In this document: positions 54,940 to 64,000 of the stretch, piece by piece
Position numbering within the stretch: position 1 is the first letter of the stretch
How the letters are laid out: each line of letters opens with the position of its first letter
DNA from: an uncultured Gemmatimonadota bacterium
Lineage (GTDB): Bacteria > Gemmatimonadota > Gemmatimonadetes > Palauibacterales > Palauibacteraceae
Direction of reading: 5' to 3'
DNA: 64,000 nucleotides
Assembly (NCBI GenBank): GCA_964465015.1
Contig: CAYXHP010000022.1
Coordinates: 1,704 to 65,703, forward strand
Notes under the pieces: generated by a model
Seen by the model: only the letters and a program-made list of their open reading frames with translations
What the model was told of the DNA's origin: nothing
The model's database searches: none
Made by a program: the position numbers and the translations under genes

Positions 54940-56166
54940 GTGAGTCGTCCTGAAATTCTCTTTCTGTCCCACTGCTTGCCCTATCCTCCAGCCAGTGGGG
55001 TCACCAATCGTACGTATCACATCCTCGAGCAACTGGGTCGGGAATTCGAGGTGTCCGTGGTGGCCTTCTCACGGAGAGAGCACCAGAAGTCATCCGAGGC
55101 CATACGCAAGGCCGCTCAAGGACTTCGGGGCATCGTCCACGAGGTCTACCCGCCGGCGCCGCTGCCCTCGGAGCGGTCGGTACTCCGGCGAGCGTTCGCT
55201 CATGTCCGCAGCGTGGCGTCGGGCAAGCCGTACACGGTGTTCGAGTATCGAAGTGCGACCTTCAGCCGCGGCCTGGCGGAGGCCATGGCGTCGCGCCGCC
55301 CGGATCTGGTCCACCTCGACAGCCTCGATCTCGCCGGCTTCATCGGACTCCTGCCCGATGCTCCGATCGCGTGCACTCACCACAGTGTGGAATCCGAGCT
55401 CCTTCGCTTGCGGGCCGAACACATTCGTCCGCGGCTCCTCGGCTCATACCTGAAGTTCCAGGCCGAGCTCATTGAGGATTCCGAACGAGAATTCTGTCCG
55501 CTCATGGCGACCAACATCATGATGTCGGATACGGATGCGCGTAGGCTCGAGTCGCTGGTCCCGGGTTCACGGACCGATGTGGTGCCGAATGGCGTGGATA
55601 CGACCGCGCTGAGCCCTCCCGGCGAGCCCCGGGACACGGACCGGATCGTCTTTCTCGGTCCGACCTACGTGTATCCCAACTTCGACGCCCTGTCCTTCTT
55701 CCTGAAACAGGTCTGGCCCCTCGTCCGATCGGCGGATAGAAAGCTGAGGTTCGAGATCGTCGGCAAGGTATCCACGAGGCACAGGGAGAGGTTCGAGGCG
55801 GAGAACGTCACGTGCCTGGGACACGTCGATGACTTGAAGGCGACCGTCGGGCGCGCCCTCTGTTCGGTCGTTCCAATTCGAATTGGGGGGGGGACCCGCC
55901 TCAAGATACTCGACTCGTGGGCGCTCGGAACGCCGGTGGTCTCCACATCGATCGGCTGTGAAGGTCTCGAAACCAGGGATGGCCGGAACATCTTGATCCG
56001 AGACGATCCCCGGGAGTTCGCGGCTGCGATCCTGGAGTTACGAAGGAACGCCGACCTGCGTGACACGCTGGGCGACGCCGGCCGACAGACGGCCGAGTCG
56101 GCCTATGCCTGGAGCGTGGTCGGAGACAGGATTCGGGGCATCTACCGGAGGCTCATCGACGCCTGA
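54940..56166 (+). CDS. Family 4 glycosyltransferase of the PEP-CTERM/exosortase-associated sugar transferase type.
   Basis: GTG 54940 (MSRPEILFLSHCLPYPPASGVTNR). The C-terminal GT4 fold was recognised by eye. Notably lower GC and GC3 (about 60%) than the rest of the locus. Confidence 0.75.
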   Translation: MSRPEILFLSHCLPYPPASGVTNRTYHILEQLGREFEVSVVAFSRREHQKSSEAIRKAAQGLRGIVHEVYPPAPLPSERSVLRRAFAHVRSVASGKPYTVFEYRSATFSRGLAEAMASRRPDLVHLDSLDLAGFIGLLPDAPIACTHHSVESELLRLRAEHIRPRLLGSYLKFQAELIEDSEREFCPLMATNIMMSDTDARRLESLVPGSRTDVVPNGVDTTALSPPGEPRDTDRIVFLGPTYVYPNFDALSFFLKQVWPLVRSADRKLRFEIVGKVSTRHRERFEAENVTCLGHVDDLKATVGRALCSVVPIRIGGGTRLKILDSWALGTPVVSTSIGCEGLETRDGRNILIRDDPREFAAAILELRRNADLRDTLGDAGRQTAESAYAWSVVGDRIRGIYRRLIDA

Positions 56167-58232
56167 TCGGGGGCGAGCTCCCGGGAATCACGGGAGGCGG
56201 AGAGCTCCCGGGCTACGACTTCGCTCAGCGACCGATCGTATTCTCTGGCCGCGAAGACTCTGGCCGCGTTGACGGCCGGCTTTCCGGGGCGCAAGAGCTT
56301 CTGAGCCAGGACGGCGATCCAGGAGAGCGGAACGAGGACCGGGGGTGGTAGCCACACCACCGTCAGGTCGGGGTTCGATGCGCGGAGCCTGGCGATCAGG
56401 TCGCGTTTCGTGAGCGCTTCCGGCGACAGAAGGTTGATGACGTCGGGAGCATCATCGAAGCGCACCGCGAACTCGGCAATCGCACGCGCGGCGAAATCGA
56501 GGTCCACGAGGTCCAGGGTATCGCCGGGCGAGCCCACGGCCACGAAGATGTTTCCGACCCGCTTGCCGAGCCGTCCGGGCGGCTCGAAGTCGTCCATGTC
56601 CACGATCGCCCCTGGACGTACCACCTTCACGTGGACTCCGAGCTCGTTCCCGAGGTCGACCGCCAGGCGCTCGGACTCGAGCTTCCCCCACACGTAGGGT
56701 CCCGAGCCCCGGCTGTCGGGCTCGAGGGGAGTGGACTCGCTGGCCGCCGCACCTCCGCTCGGACGAGCGACGACGGCGAGGCTGCTGACGTGTACGAGCC
56801 GCTTCACGCCCGCCTCCGCCATGGAGCGCACGACGTGCTCGGTCGCGTCCAGGGAGAGGCGCTGATGCTCCTCCCAACCCCCCGAGGTCGCGGCGGCACA
56901 ATGCACCAGGCAATGGACACCCTCGAGCAGGTCCGGCGGGAGCCCGTCGGCCAGATCGGCCGTCACGTACTCGACACCCGGAACACGATCCCACGGGGCC
57001 GGCAGCCGACGGGACAGTACGCGCACCGGAAAGCCTCGCTCGGTCAGCCGTTCCACCACGGAGGCTCCGAGAAAGCCCGTGCCGCCGGTCACCAGCACCC
57101 GTCGATCGCCTGTGGAGGGAAGGCTCGAAGGCGCTTCCTCTGGTGAGGACACGGCCGGCGTCTCGTCCCGACCCGCTTTCTCCAGCCGTTCGCGGACGAT
57201 GGAGCAGACCCGCACGGTGTCGATGATGCTCTCAGCCGTGAGGGGTGGCTCCCGATGTCCCAGGATCGAGGCATAGAACGCGTCGAAGATCTCCGCGAGG
57301 CCCGGGTAACTGCGCTTTCTCTGAAGCACCCGACCGGCCAGGGAGACCGTCGTGCCCAGGACCATCTGCTTCGAGACGCGGTAGGGGTCGAGTAGCTTGT
57401 CGATACCCGATGAGCCCGGCCCGATGCGCCGCTGTACCGTGCTGCGCACGAAGTCGGCATGGACGCGGCCGTTGGTTCCCACGACATCCAGGTAGCTCTC
57501 GACGGGGCGAGCGCCCAGGGAGACGGTGAGTGTCCCGGTCAACTGTCCACGGCCGACGAGGGCGTGCACCGTCCCACCCGGACGTACGTCGACCGACAAC
57601 ACCTCGCTTTCGCCCTGGGGCTGCAATCGCTCCAGGAAGTCGAGCAGGAGGTACACGGGGTGCGGGAGTATGTCCAGCAGCTGGAGGTCCGCCCGCAGCG
57701 GCGGCCGTCCCCCGGCTCTGGAGTCGGTCGGGCGAAAGGAGAAATAGCTCTCGACATGCACGGGCGTGCCGAGGGCCGACAGGAGCTCCCGCGTCTCGAT
57801 CGACGGAGCCTCGAACAGGAGCTGGTGACCCGCACACAGCCCTAGGCCCCTCGCGGCGGCCGACGCCGTCAGCTCCCGTGCGGCCCGGGCGCTTTCGGCG
57901 AACGGCTTCTCCACGTAGACGTGGCAGCCGGCTTCGAGGGCCTTTCGCGTGAGATCTTCGTGCGTGGACGGAGGTGTCACGATGTGAACGATGTCGGCGG
58001 CGGTATCTTCGAGGAGCTCGTCCAGGCTGGAGGCTCCCCGGGCTCCCGTGCAGAGCTTCAGCGCTTCCTCGAGAGAAGCCTCCGAAGGATCGGCGATCCC
58101 GACCACCGTAGTGGGCGCTTCCGTCCGCTGAATGGCCGTGGCGTGATGGCGGGCCATCTCGCCTGCTCCGGCGATCGCGACGCGCAGGGTCCCCGCGTTC
58201 GGGCTAGTGGGCCCGAGGGAAGGCTCAGACAT
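56142..58232 (-). CDS. Bifunctional fusion: an N-terminal Gfo/Idh/MocA oxidoreductase domain plus a C-terminal NAD-dependent epimerase/dehydratase (extended SDR) domain.
   Basis: N-terminal LRVAIAGAGEMARHH ... EKPFA. C-terminal VLVTGGTGFLGASVVERL and YVWGKLESE (YxxxK). RBS GGAGGAAG upstream. The 3' end overlaps the convergent GT4 gene by 25 nt. Confidence 0.8.
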   Translation of the reverse strand: MSEPSLGPTSPNAGTLRVAIAGAGEMARHHATAIQRTEAPTTVVGIADPSEASLEEALKLCTGARGASSLDELLEDTAADIVHIVTPPSTHEDLTRKALEAGCHVYVEKPFAESARAARELTASAAARGLGLCAGHQLLFEAPSIETRELLSALGTPVHVESYFSFRPTDSRAGGRPPLRADLQLLDILPHPVYLLLDFLERLQPQGESEVLSVDVRPGGTVHALVGRGQLTGTLTVSLGARPVESYLDVVGTNGRVHADFVRSTVQRRIGPGSSGIDKLLDPYRVSKQMVLGTTVSLAGRVLQRKRSYPGLAEIFDAFYASILGHREPPLTAESIIDTVRVCSIVRERLEKAGRDETPAVSSPEEAPSSLPSTGDRRVLVTGGTGFLGASVVERLTERGFPVRVLSRRLPAPWDRVPGVEYVTADLADGLPPDLLEGVHCLVHCAAATSGGWEEHQRLSLDATEHVVRSMAEAGVKRLVHVSSLAVVARPSGGAAASESTPLEPDSRGSGPYVWGKLESERLAVDLGNELGVHVKVVRPGAIVDMDDFEPPGRLGKRVGNIFVAVGSPGDTLDLVDLDFAARAIAEFAVRFDDAPDVINLLSPEALTKRDLIARLRASNPDLTVVWLPPPVLVPLSWIAVLAQKLLRPGKPAVNAARVFAAREYDRSLSEVVARELSASRDSRELAPDQASMSLR

Positions 58233-58669
58233 GCGGGCTTCCTCCGGGCCACGGGGGGCGAAGCGGCGGGGCCTCGAGGCTGTGGCGCGAACGCAACAGA
58301 CAGGAGAAGCGCCGACCCTGCCGGCGAGGACCGAAGCCGCCGCGCATCACCCGTCCTGGGGTCCGGGCGGCGTCTGGCTCGCGTCGCCCGCTGCATGCGC
58401 TCCGCGGCGCGAACCGGGCCCCCATCTTGCGCATCATGGGAGGCTGGCATCTACATTTCGCGACAGCTACCGCCGATGGTGGCGCGCCACGATCCATAAT
58501 CGAGCAGGTCATGCAGAGATCTTCCGCCAGTGGATACGAGATAGGTGCCGTTGCGGCCCCGGGCGGCCTGTCGCCAGCCTCCGGCCGTCACGGTGCTCGG
58601 GGCCGCCTAGGAGCAAGAGCCGCGCCGCAGGAGAATCTGGCGTTTCCGCGCGAGCCGGTACGGATCCTG

Positions 58670-59986
58670 ATGTTCTCGCTCGTCTTCATCACCATCAGTC
58701 GGATACACCAGTTTCTGCCGATTGGCGCGCTACACCCTGCCATGGTGCTCGTGTTCCTGGCGGCCCTCTATACGCTCATGAACCCGAGCTCGTTGAACCG
58801 ATCGGCCATGAAGAGCTGGTCGGCCAAGATCATGATAGCGCTCGGCTTGATGGCCTGCCTGTCGGTGCCGTTCGGCATCTCGATCGGAGGTGCCGGGAGC
58901 TTCGTCCTGTTCGAGTACTCCAAGGTGATCATTCTGGGTCTCCTGGTGCTCCTGGCCATGCGTGACGCCCGGGACCTGGCGTTTCTGACATGGGGCTACG
59001 TCGTCGCGTGCGGGATGCTGGCCGTCCTGGCGGTTCTGTTCATCGGCATTTCCAAGCACCAGGGTCTGGCGGGCTACGATGCCAACGATGTCAGCCTCGT
59101 GGTGCTGGTCGGGCTGCCGCTGAGCCTGATGATGTTCCAGGCGTCGACCGGCACACGGAAGCTCATCAGCCTCGCGGTCGTGATCGGGATCGCGGCCACA
59201 CTGGCCATGTCCCGCTCTCGCGGCGGATTCGTGGGTCTGGTCGTAGTGGGTGCCACGCTGCTCGTCGTCCTGAAGCGCGTACCTCTCTGGAAGCGCATCG
59301 CCTTCGTGGTGGTTCTCGGTGGTGGGCTGGTACTGACGGCGCCGGGAAATTACTGGGAGACCATGCAGACCATGCTGCATCCCACACAGGACTACAACTG
59401 GTCATCCAGCTATGGGCGGAAGGAGGTGTACAGCCGGGGGCTGGGCTACATGGCTTCCCATCCGTTCACCGGTCTCGGAGCCGGCAACTTCGGACGCGCC
59501 GAGGGGACCCTCTCGAACGTCGTATCGAAGTACAACGACACACAGCGAGGCCAGATCAAGTGGTCGGCCGCCCACAACTCGTTCATTCAGGCCGGAGCGG
59601 AAATGGGATATCCCGGCCTGATCCTCTTCTGCATCCTGGTCTTCGGTGGTCTGTGGCGCACCATACGCCTGAGACGACGGTTGCCGCCGAGCTGGGCTGA
59701 GGGCGACGCGGAGGAGCGGTTTCTGTACTATGCGGCCCTCTACCTGCCGGTGTCCTTCGTCGCTTTCGCTTCGGCGGGCTTCTTCCTGTCTTTCGCCTAC
59801 CGGGATCCGATCTATCTTCTCGCCGCGTTCGTGGGCGGTCTCTACATCTCGGTGGATGCCCGCGTGCGAAAGATCCGTGCGGCTCAGGCCGAGCGGGTGC
59901 GACTGGCCCCGGGGAGGCGGCGCGACTCCCGTGGGCGCGCCCAGCGGGTCACGCGTGGACGCGGAAACGTGCGGCGCCGAGGCTGA
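58670..59986 (+). CDS. O-antigen ligase/Wzy-like polymerase-family membrane protein.
   Basis: About 10-12 TMs with a large periplasmic loop carrying the Wzy_C-like block (LAMSRSRGGFVGLVVVG). Start chosen at ATG 58670; the first 81 codons of ORF 58427.. have non-coding GC3. Start is uncertain. Confidence 0.65.
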   Translation: MFSLVFITISRIHQFLPIGALHPAMVLVFLAALYTLMNPSSLNRSAMKSWSAKIMIALGLMACLSVPFGISIGGAGSFVLFEYSKVIILGLLVLLAMRDARDLAFLTWGYVVACGMLAVLAVLFIGISKHQGLAGYDANDVSLVVLVGLPLSLMMFQASTGTRKLISLAVVIGIAATLAMSRSRGGFVGLVVVGATLLVVLKRVPLWKRIAFVVVLGGGLVLTAPGNYWETMQTMLHPTQDYNWSSSYGRKEVYSRGLGYMASHPFTGLGAGNFGRAEGTLSNVVSKYNDTQRGQIKWSAAHNSFIQAGAEMGYPGLILFCILVFGGLWRTIRLRRRLPPSWAEGDAEERFLYYAALYLPVSFVAFASAGFFLSFAYRDPIYLLAAFVGGLYISVDARVRKIRAAQAERVRLAPGRRRDSRGRAQRVTRGRGNVRRRG

Positions 59987-60926
59987 GCTCGGATCGGGCG
60001 CGACCATCGGTTCCTCGCGCTCCTACCTGAAGCGGGCCGCGGAGCGGCTCCTCCTGCTCGGCCCGGCGTGGGTGGCTCGCGCCCGGCGCCGCGGTCACTC
60101 CCTCATCCTGGCCTACCACGACGTCGTGCCCGACGGTGCTCCGATCGCGGGAGAGGCGTCGCTCCACGTGCCTCGTCGTCGGTTCGCGGAGCACCTGGAC
60201 GTGATCTCGCGCCGTGCGGACGTGGTGTCGCTGCGCGACCTGTTCGAGAGGACGGCCCAGGGCCGTCGCCCACGCGTCGCCATCACGTTCGACGACGCCT
60301 ACCGAGGCACGGTGACGGCCGGGATCGAAGAGCTGGTCTCGCGCGGACTGCCCGCCACCGTCTTCGTCGTGCCCGGCCGTCTGGGAGGACGGGGATTCTG
60401 GTGGGATCTCCTCGCCGATCCCTCGACGGGCGAGCTCCCCCCCGGGGCACGTGACGAGGCTCTGGGCCCGCAGGCGGGTCGCCAGGAGGAGGTCCTCGCC
60501 TGGGCCGGGACGGTGGGGCTGCCGGTCTTCCCCGGGCTACCGCCCCACGCGCTGTCCGCCAGCGAGGCCGAGCTCGAGCGTGCCGCCGGCGAGCCGGGCA
60601 TCACGGTCGGCTCACACACCTGGAGCCACCCCAACCTCGCGCGCCTCTCGGACGCGGAGTGCGCGGAGGAGATCGAGCGCTCCGTGGCCTGGCTGGAGGC
60701 ACGCTTCTCTTCGTTCATACCGTGGATCTCGTATCCGTACGGCTACGAGTCCCCTGCGGCGTGCCGGGCGGCCAGGGAGGCCGGCTGCGAGGGAGGCCTG
60801 CTCATCACCGGCGGCTGGCTGGCGACCGGCGAGCTCGACCGGTATCGGCTTCCGCGGCTCAACGTCCCCGCCGGTCTCTCGTCCGAGGGACTCGAGCTCA
60901 GGCTCTCCGGCCTCCTGAACGGTTGA
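59955..60926 (+). CDS. Polysaccharide deacetylase (NodB/CE4 family), third copy.
   Basis: GTG 59955, internal to ORF 59730... LILAYHDV ... VAITFDDAYRG ... GSHTWSHPNL (NodB motifs). Overlaps the upstream gene by 32 nt and the convergent downstream gene by 29 nt. Confidence 0.7.
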   Translation: MDAETCGAEAELGSGATIGSSRSYLKRAAERLLLLGPAWVARARRRGHSLILAYHDVVPDGAPIAGEASLHVPRRRFAEHLDVISRRADVVSLRDLFERTAQGRRPRVAITFDDAYRGTVTAGIEELVSRGLPATVFVVPGRLGGRGFWWDLLADPSTGELPPGARDEALGPQAGRQEEVLAWAGTVGLPVFPGLPPHALSASEAELERAAGEPGITVGSHTWSHPNLARLSDAECAEEIERSVAWLEARFSSFIPWISYPYGYESPAACRAAREAGCEGGLLITGGWLATGELDRYRLPRLNVPAGLSSEGLELRLSGLLNG

Positions 60927-62385
60927 TCGCCGCCTCCAGCGCGTCCAAGAGCTTCTCGGCCTGGGCCCGCCGGCTGAGCTGCGGGAGCCCCCGGGCCAGG
61001 GGCGCGGGCCTCTCCCCGCTCCGGAAGGCCAGGTAGCGCTTCTTCACCGCCGCCTCGATCGCCTCGACGTCCCCCGGATCGACCAGGTCCGCGCCCGAGT
61101 CCCGCAGCAGGCGTCCCGTCGCCGTGTCCGGGCTCTCCATGGCCAGCAGCCAGGCCGGGAAGCACAGGTACTCGAATACCTTGGACGGGATCGACAGGTC
61201 GCTGTCCTGGGGCAGGTTCACGAGCACCGCGGATCCGGCCAGGTGGCGCGTGAGCCGGTCCCGGGTCATGAAGGCGCGCGTAGTGAGGAAGGCGGGATCC
61301 AGACCGGCCTCGTCGGCGATCCGCTCGAGCGGGACGCCTCCGAAGCGCTCCACGTGCCCGATGAACTCCAGCCCGAGCTCGGCGGGCTCGAGCCGCAGCT
61401 CCTGCACCAGGCGGCCGGCGGCGCGGAACAGGGCCGTGGGGTCGCGGTCCAGGTACAGAGTTCCCGCGAACGTGATGAGGAACCGGTCGCGGGGGCCACA
61501 GTCGCGGATGGACACCTCGTCGAAGCCGTTCATGACGGCCAGGATGCGACCCGCGGCCTCGGGATGCGCCTCCCGCAGGGCCTCGGCCGCGGGCACCGTA
61601 TTGCACGCGACCACGGTCGCCTCGGCGACAGCGCGGCCTTCGTGCCGACGCGCCAGCGCGTACCACAACGGGCTGGCCAGGTGCTCGGGAAGGCGGGGCT
61701 GCAGGCTCCAGGGGTCGCGCATGTCCATCACGAAGGGCAGACGCCGGCTGCGGGCCAGGCGGCGTCCGACTTCGTGGACCATGTGAGGCGGGCCGCAGGT
61801 GAGCACCGTCGCGTAGCTCGTGCGCCGGCAGAGCGCCCGTCCCAGCTTCGTCGCTCGCCGGGCCCAGGCACCTTCGCGGGCGTAGGCGGAGGCCGCGAAG
61901 TACGCCCTGCGCAGCCAGGCCGGGTCCAGGGGGTGCCATCCGAGCACGTCCCTTCCCAGGGAGTGCCCGTCGCCGCCCGCCTCAGCGCTGGCTTCGGACG
62001 GGGCGGGTCCCTCCGGAGCCGGAATCTCGGTTCCGCCGGATGGCCGGAGGCCTCGCAGCCCGGCCACGGCCGCGCTCGCCATCTCCTCCGCCCGCTCGCG
62101 AAGGAGCGGGGGGTCGGGGATGGCGAAGATCCGCGTGCCGGAAGGAAGGTCTCCGAGCCGCGCGGGATCGGAGCGAGCGAGCCCGGCGGGGTCCAGAGCC
62201 AGCACGTCCAGCCGGTAGCCGCGCTCGGCGGCGAACGCGGCCAGCTTCTGCCATCGTAGGGCGCCGGCGGCCTCGCTCGGCGGGAAGTGATAGCTCACCA
62301 GGAGCAGGGGCCGGGCGCCCTCGGGCGCCGGCCCCGCGTCGAACCAGGGGACGATCCCTCTGTCTCCACCCGCGTCGGAGCTCAC
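60898..62385 (-). CDS. Family 4 glycosyltransferase.
   Basis: N-terminal PLLLVSYHFPPSEAAGALR (Glyco_trans_4-like). The C-terminal GT4 fold was recognised by eye. High GC3 over the whole ORF. Confidence 0.7.
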   Translation of the reverse strand: MSSDAGGDRGIVPWFDAGPAPEGARPLLLVSYHFPPSEAAGALRWQKLAAFAAERGYRLDVLALDPAGLARSDPARLGDLPSGTRIFAIPDPPLLRERAEEMASAAVAGLRGLRPSGGTEIPAPEGPAPSEASAEAGGDGHSLGRDVLGWHPLDPAWLRRAYFAASAYAREGAWARRATKLGRALCRRTSYATVLTCGPPHMVHEVGRRLARSRRLPFVMDMRDPWSLQPRLPEHLASPLWYALARRHEGRAVAEATVVACNTVPAAEALREAHPEAAGRILAVMNGFDEVSIRDCGPRDRFLITFAGTLYLDRDPTALFRAAGRLVQELRLEPAELGLEFIGHVERFGGVPLERIADEAGLDPAFLTTRAFMTRDRLTRHLAGSAVLVNLPQDSDLSIPSKVFEYLCFPAWLLAMESPDTATGRLLRDSGADLVDPGDVEAIEAAVKKRYLAFRSGERPAPLARGLPQLSRRAQAEKLLDALEAAINRSGGRRA

Positions 62386-63677
62386 GCGGATGTCCCGGCC
62401 TCGACTGCCTCCCGCAGGAGGAGGGAGAGATCGGCCTCGGCGAGCCTCGCCTCCAGCCGCGAAGCCTCCTCTTCACCGAGGTCTCCGGCCATGGTCCTCG
62501 CAATTCGCAACACCAGAGCGTCCCAGTCGTGCGCCCTCGCCACCCGCCTTCGGGCCTCGCGGCGCTCGTGAGCGTTCTCGGCCGGTGAGAGCGCCGCCTC
62601 GATGGCGCGACTCCACCCCTCGGGACCCTCGGCCAGCGTCACGACCTGGTCGAACTCGCGCAGCGTGCGGATGGGCGTCCCGACGACCGGTCGACCGGTG
62701 GCCAGGTACTCGTGCAGCTTCAGGGGGTAGATGCACTCCGTGTAGGGATTCACGTCGTAGGGCATCAGGCAGACGTCGAAGTGCTGGGGATAGGCCGAGA
62801 GCGCCTCGGGCGGCTTGGCGCCGAGAAAGTGGATGTTTCCGAGTTCCTCCAGGAGAGAGAGCGGCGCTTCGAGCTCGGGGTGGGGCGCATGGCCCCCCAC
62901 CAGCACGAAGTGCCACTCGGGATGACCCCGGGCCAGTGCCACCACGAGATCCCAGTCGAGTTGCTTCTTGAGCCAACCCGCGTACCCGATGCGAGGGTGG
63001 GGCACCCGGGCCAGGTCCTCCGGCTCGGGCACCGGCGTGGAGAACGCAGCGAAGTCCACCCCGTTCGGGACCAGCGACGTGCGAGGGTTGACGCCCCCTT
63101 TCTTCTCCATCAGGGCCGGAGAGTGGATGAACACCCGGTCCGCCTCCTCCAGCAGCCGCCGCTCGGGGGGTGGGATCGGCCGCTCCTCCGCCACGAACGT
63201 GTACTCGTCGTCGATGTGATAGCAGACGAGGTCCGTCTCGACCTCGGCCAGGGCCGGCTCGAACCCGGGCCGCCACAGGTAGAGAATCCGCTCCCGGCAG
63301 CCGCGCCGGTCCAGTATCCGGGTCCCGGATCGGAGCCGCGCTCGGTACGCTCGCTCGGCCAGACCGCGCGGGCGGTGAAAGTGGGGCAAACGGAAGTCGC
63401 TCCGGTGCACCACCAACCCGGGCTCGGGGCGCGCATCGCGCGGCGACCAGCGTCCCGGGTGAGCCAGGAGGTCCCGCCAGTGGGGCGGCGGGTCCATCCA
63501 CACCACCTGGAAGTAGCCGGCCAGGCGGCGGAGCACCTGGTGGCGCGGCATCCACGGGTCGGTCCACCGGTCGGGGACCAGCGCCAGTACTCCCACGTCG
63601 GGGAGGAGCGGGCGCCCCGTCTCGACGGCTCGGGCGGCACGCGCGCGCCGACTCACCCTCGGCTCGGAAGCGCTCAC
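62382..63677 (-). CDS. Family 4 glycosyltransferase.
   Basis: GT4 C-terminal block HFLGAKPPEALSAYPQHFDVCLMPYD ... EYLATGRPVVGT. Start chosen at GTG 63677 (alternative 63656) because the first 67 codons of ORF ..63878 are Arg-rich read-through. Its stop overlaps the start of the downstream gene. Confidence 0.65.
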   Translation of the reverse strand: MSASEPRVSRRARAARAVETGRPLLPDVGVLALVPDRWTDPWMPRHQVLRRLAGYFQVVWMDPPPHWRDLLAHPGRWSPRDARPEPGLVVHRSDFRLPHFHRPRGLAERAYRARLRSGTRILDRRGCRERILYLWRPGFEPALAEVETDLVCYHIDDEYTFVAEERPIPPPERRLLEEADRVFIHSPALMEKKGGVNPRTSLVPNGVDFAAFSTPVPEPEDLARVPHPRIGYAGWLKKQLDWDLVVALARGHPEWHFVLVGGHAPHPELEAPLSLLEELGNIHFLGAKPPEALSAYPQHFDVCLMPYDVNPYTECIYPLKLHEYLATGRPVVGTPIRTLREFDQVVTLAEGPEGWSRAIEAALSPAENAHERREARRRVARAHDWDALVLRIARTMAGDLGEEEASRLEARLAEADLSLLLREAVEAGTSA

Positions 63678-64000
63678 ACGCGGCCCTCCCGGGTCTCGGC
63701 CGGGCTCTCTCCCCGGCTCGCGTCGTCGCCGCCCGCCAGGCCTGTCGTCCACCGTTGGCGCATCCGCCCCCAGGTCACGGCCGCATCCATGGCTCGCTCG
63801 AACGCTCCCGCCCGGTCGCCGCGCACCCAGCGCGCTACCGCCACGGACACGCTTCCCAGTCCCTCGCGCACCATCCACGCGGGAATCCGGGCGGGAGGAC
63901 CGGAACCGGTCGCGCCGCCGGCGGCCGTGTACTCGAGCGACCGTCCGAAACGCACGCCGCGGCTGAGTAGCCAGCCCAGGCCGAGCTGCTCGGCCCGGAT

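Noticed and set aside
63674-64000. Possible additional gene upstream of the last GT4 on the minus strand (ORF 63674..63955 and sequence to the window edge).
   Set aside because: Too little sequence. The ORF is short and Arg/Gly-rich, so it cannot be called.
1-64000. Searched for CRISPR repeats, transposase or integrase genes, rRNA and tRNA.
   Set aside because: None found. The only repeated non-coding element is the riboswitch-like pair.

Overview
High-GC (about 70%) bacterial window that is almost entirely one large exopolysaccharide (EPS) locus of the exosortase/PEP-CTERM (XrtA-like) type. Coding runs on + from 1 to about 24.6 kb, on - from about 34.0 down to 24.6 kb, then mostly on + again to the window end. 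Content, in order: a two-component pair (partial sensor kinase plus sigma-54 NtrC-type regulator, PrsK/PrsR-like); a polysaccharide export protein and priming sugar transferase; a PEP-CTERM substrate protein, exosortase and EpsI; a low-molecular-weight tyrosine phosphatase; about 11 glycosyltransferases (GT2/GT4); a Wzx-like flippase and a Wzy-like membrane protein; two asparagine-synthase-family amidotransferases; DegT aminotransferase, ATP-grasp, FemAB/GNAT and a hexapeptide acetyltransferase; three NodB deacetylases; a carbamoyltransferase with SxtJ-like and DUF5989-like small proteins; GMC oxidoreductase, GH1 beta-glucosidase, PIG-L deacetylase fusion; four paralogous membrane-anchored SGNH-hydrolase-like proteins; and two paralogous alkaline-phosphatase-superfamily proteins next to two paralogous small membrane proteins. 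Most striking non-coding signal: two homologous c-di-GMP-I (GEMM) riboswitch-like leaders (about 50515-50612 and 51726-51815), each ahead of a secreted Big_2-domain lipoprotein. Several well-spaced sigma-54 promoter candidates sit in front of operons, consistent with the sigma-54 regulator. Many adjacent genes overlap by GTGA/ATGA start-stop codons. No rRNA, tRNA, CRISPR or transposase seen. Gene starts in this GC-rich DNA are often uncertain (GTG starts are common). All family assignments come from motif recognition by eye, not from searches.
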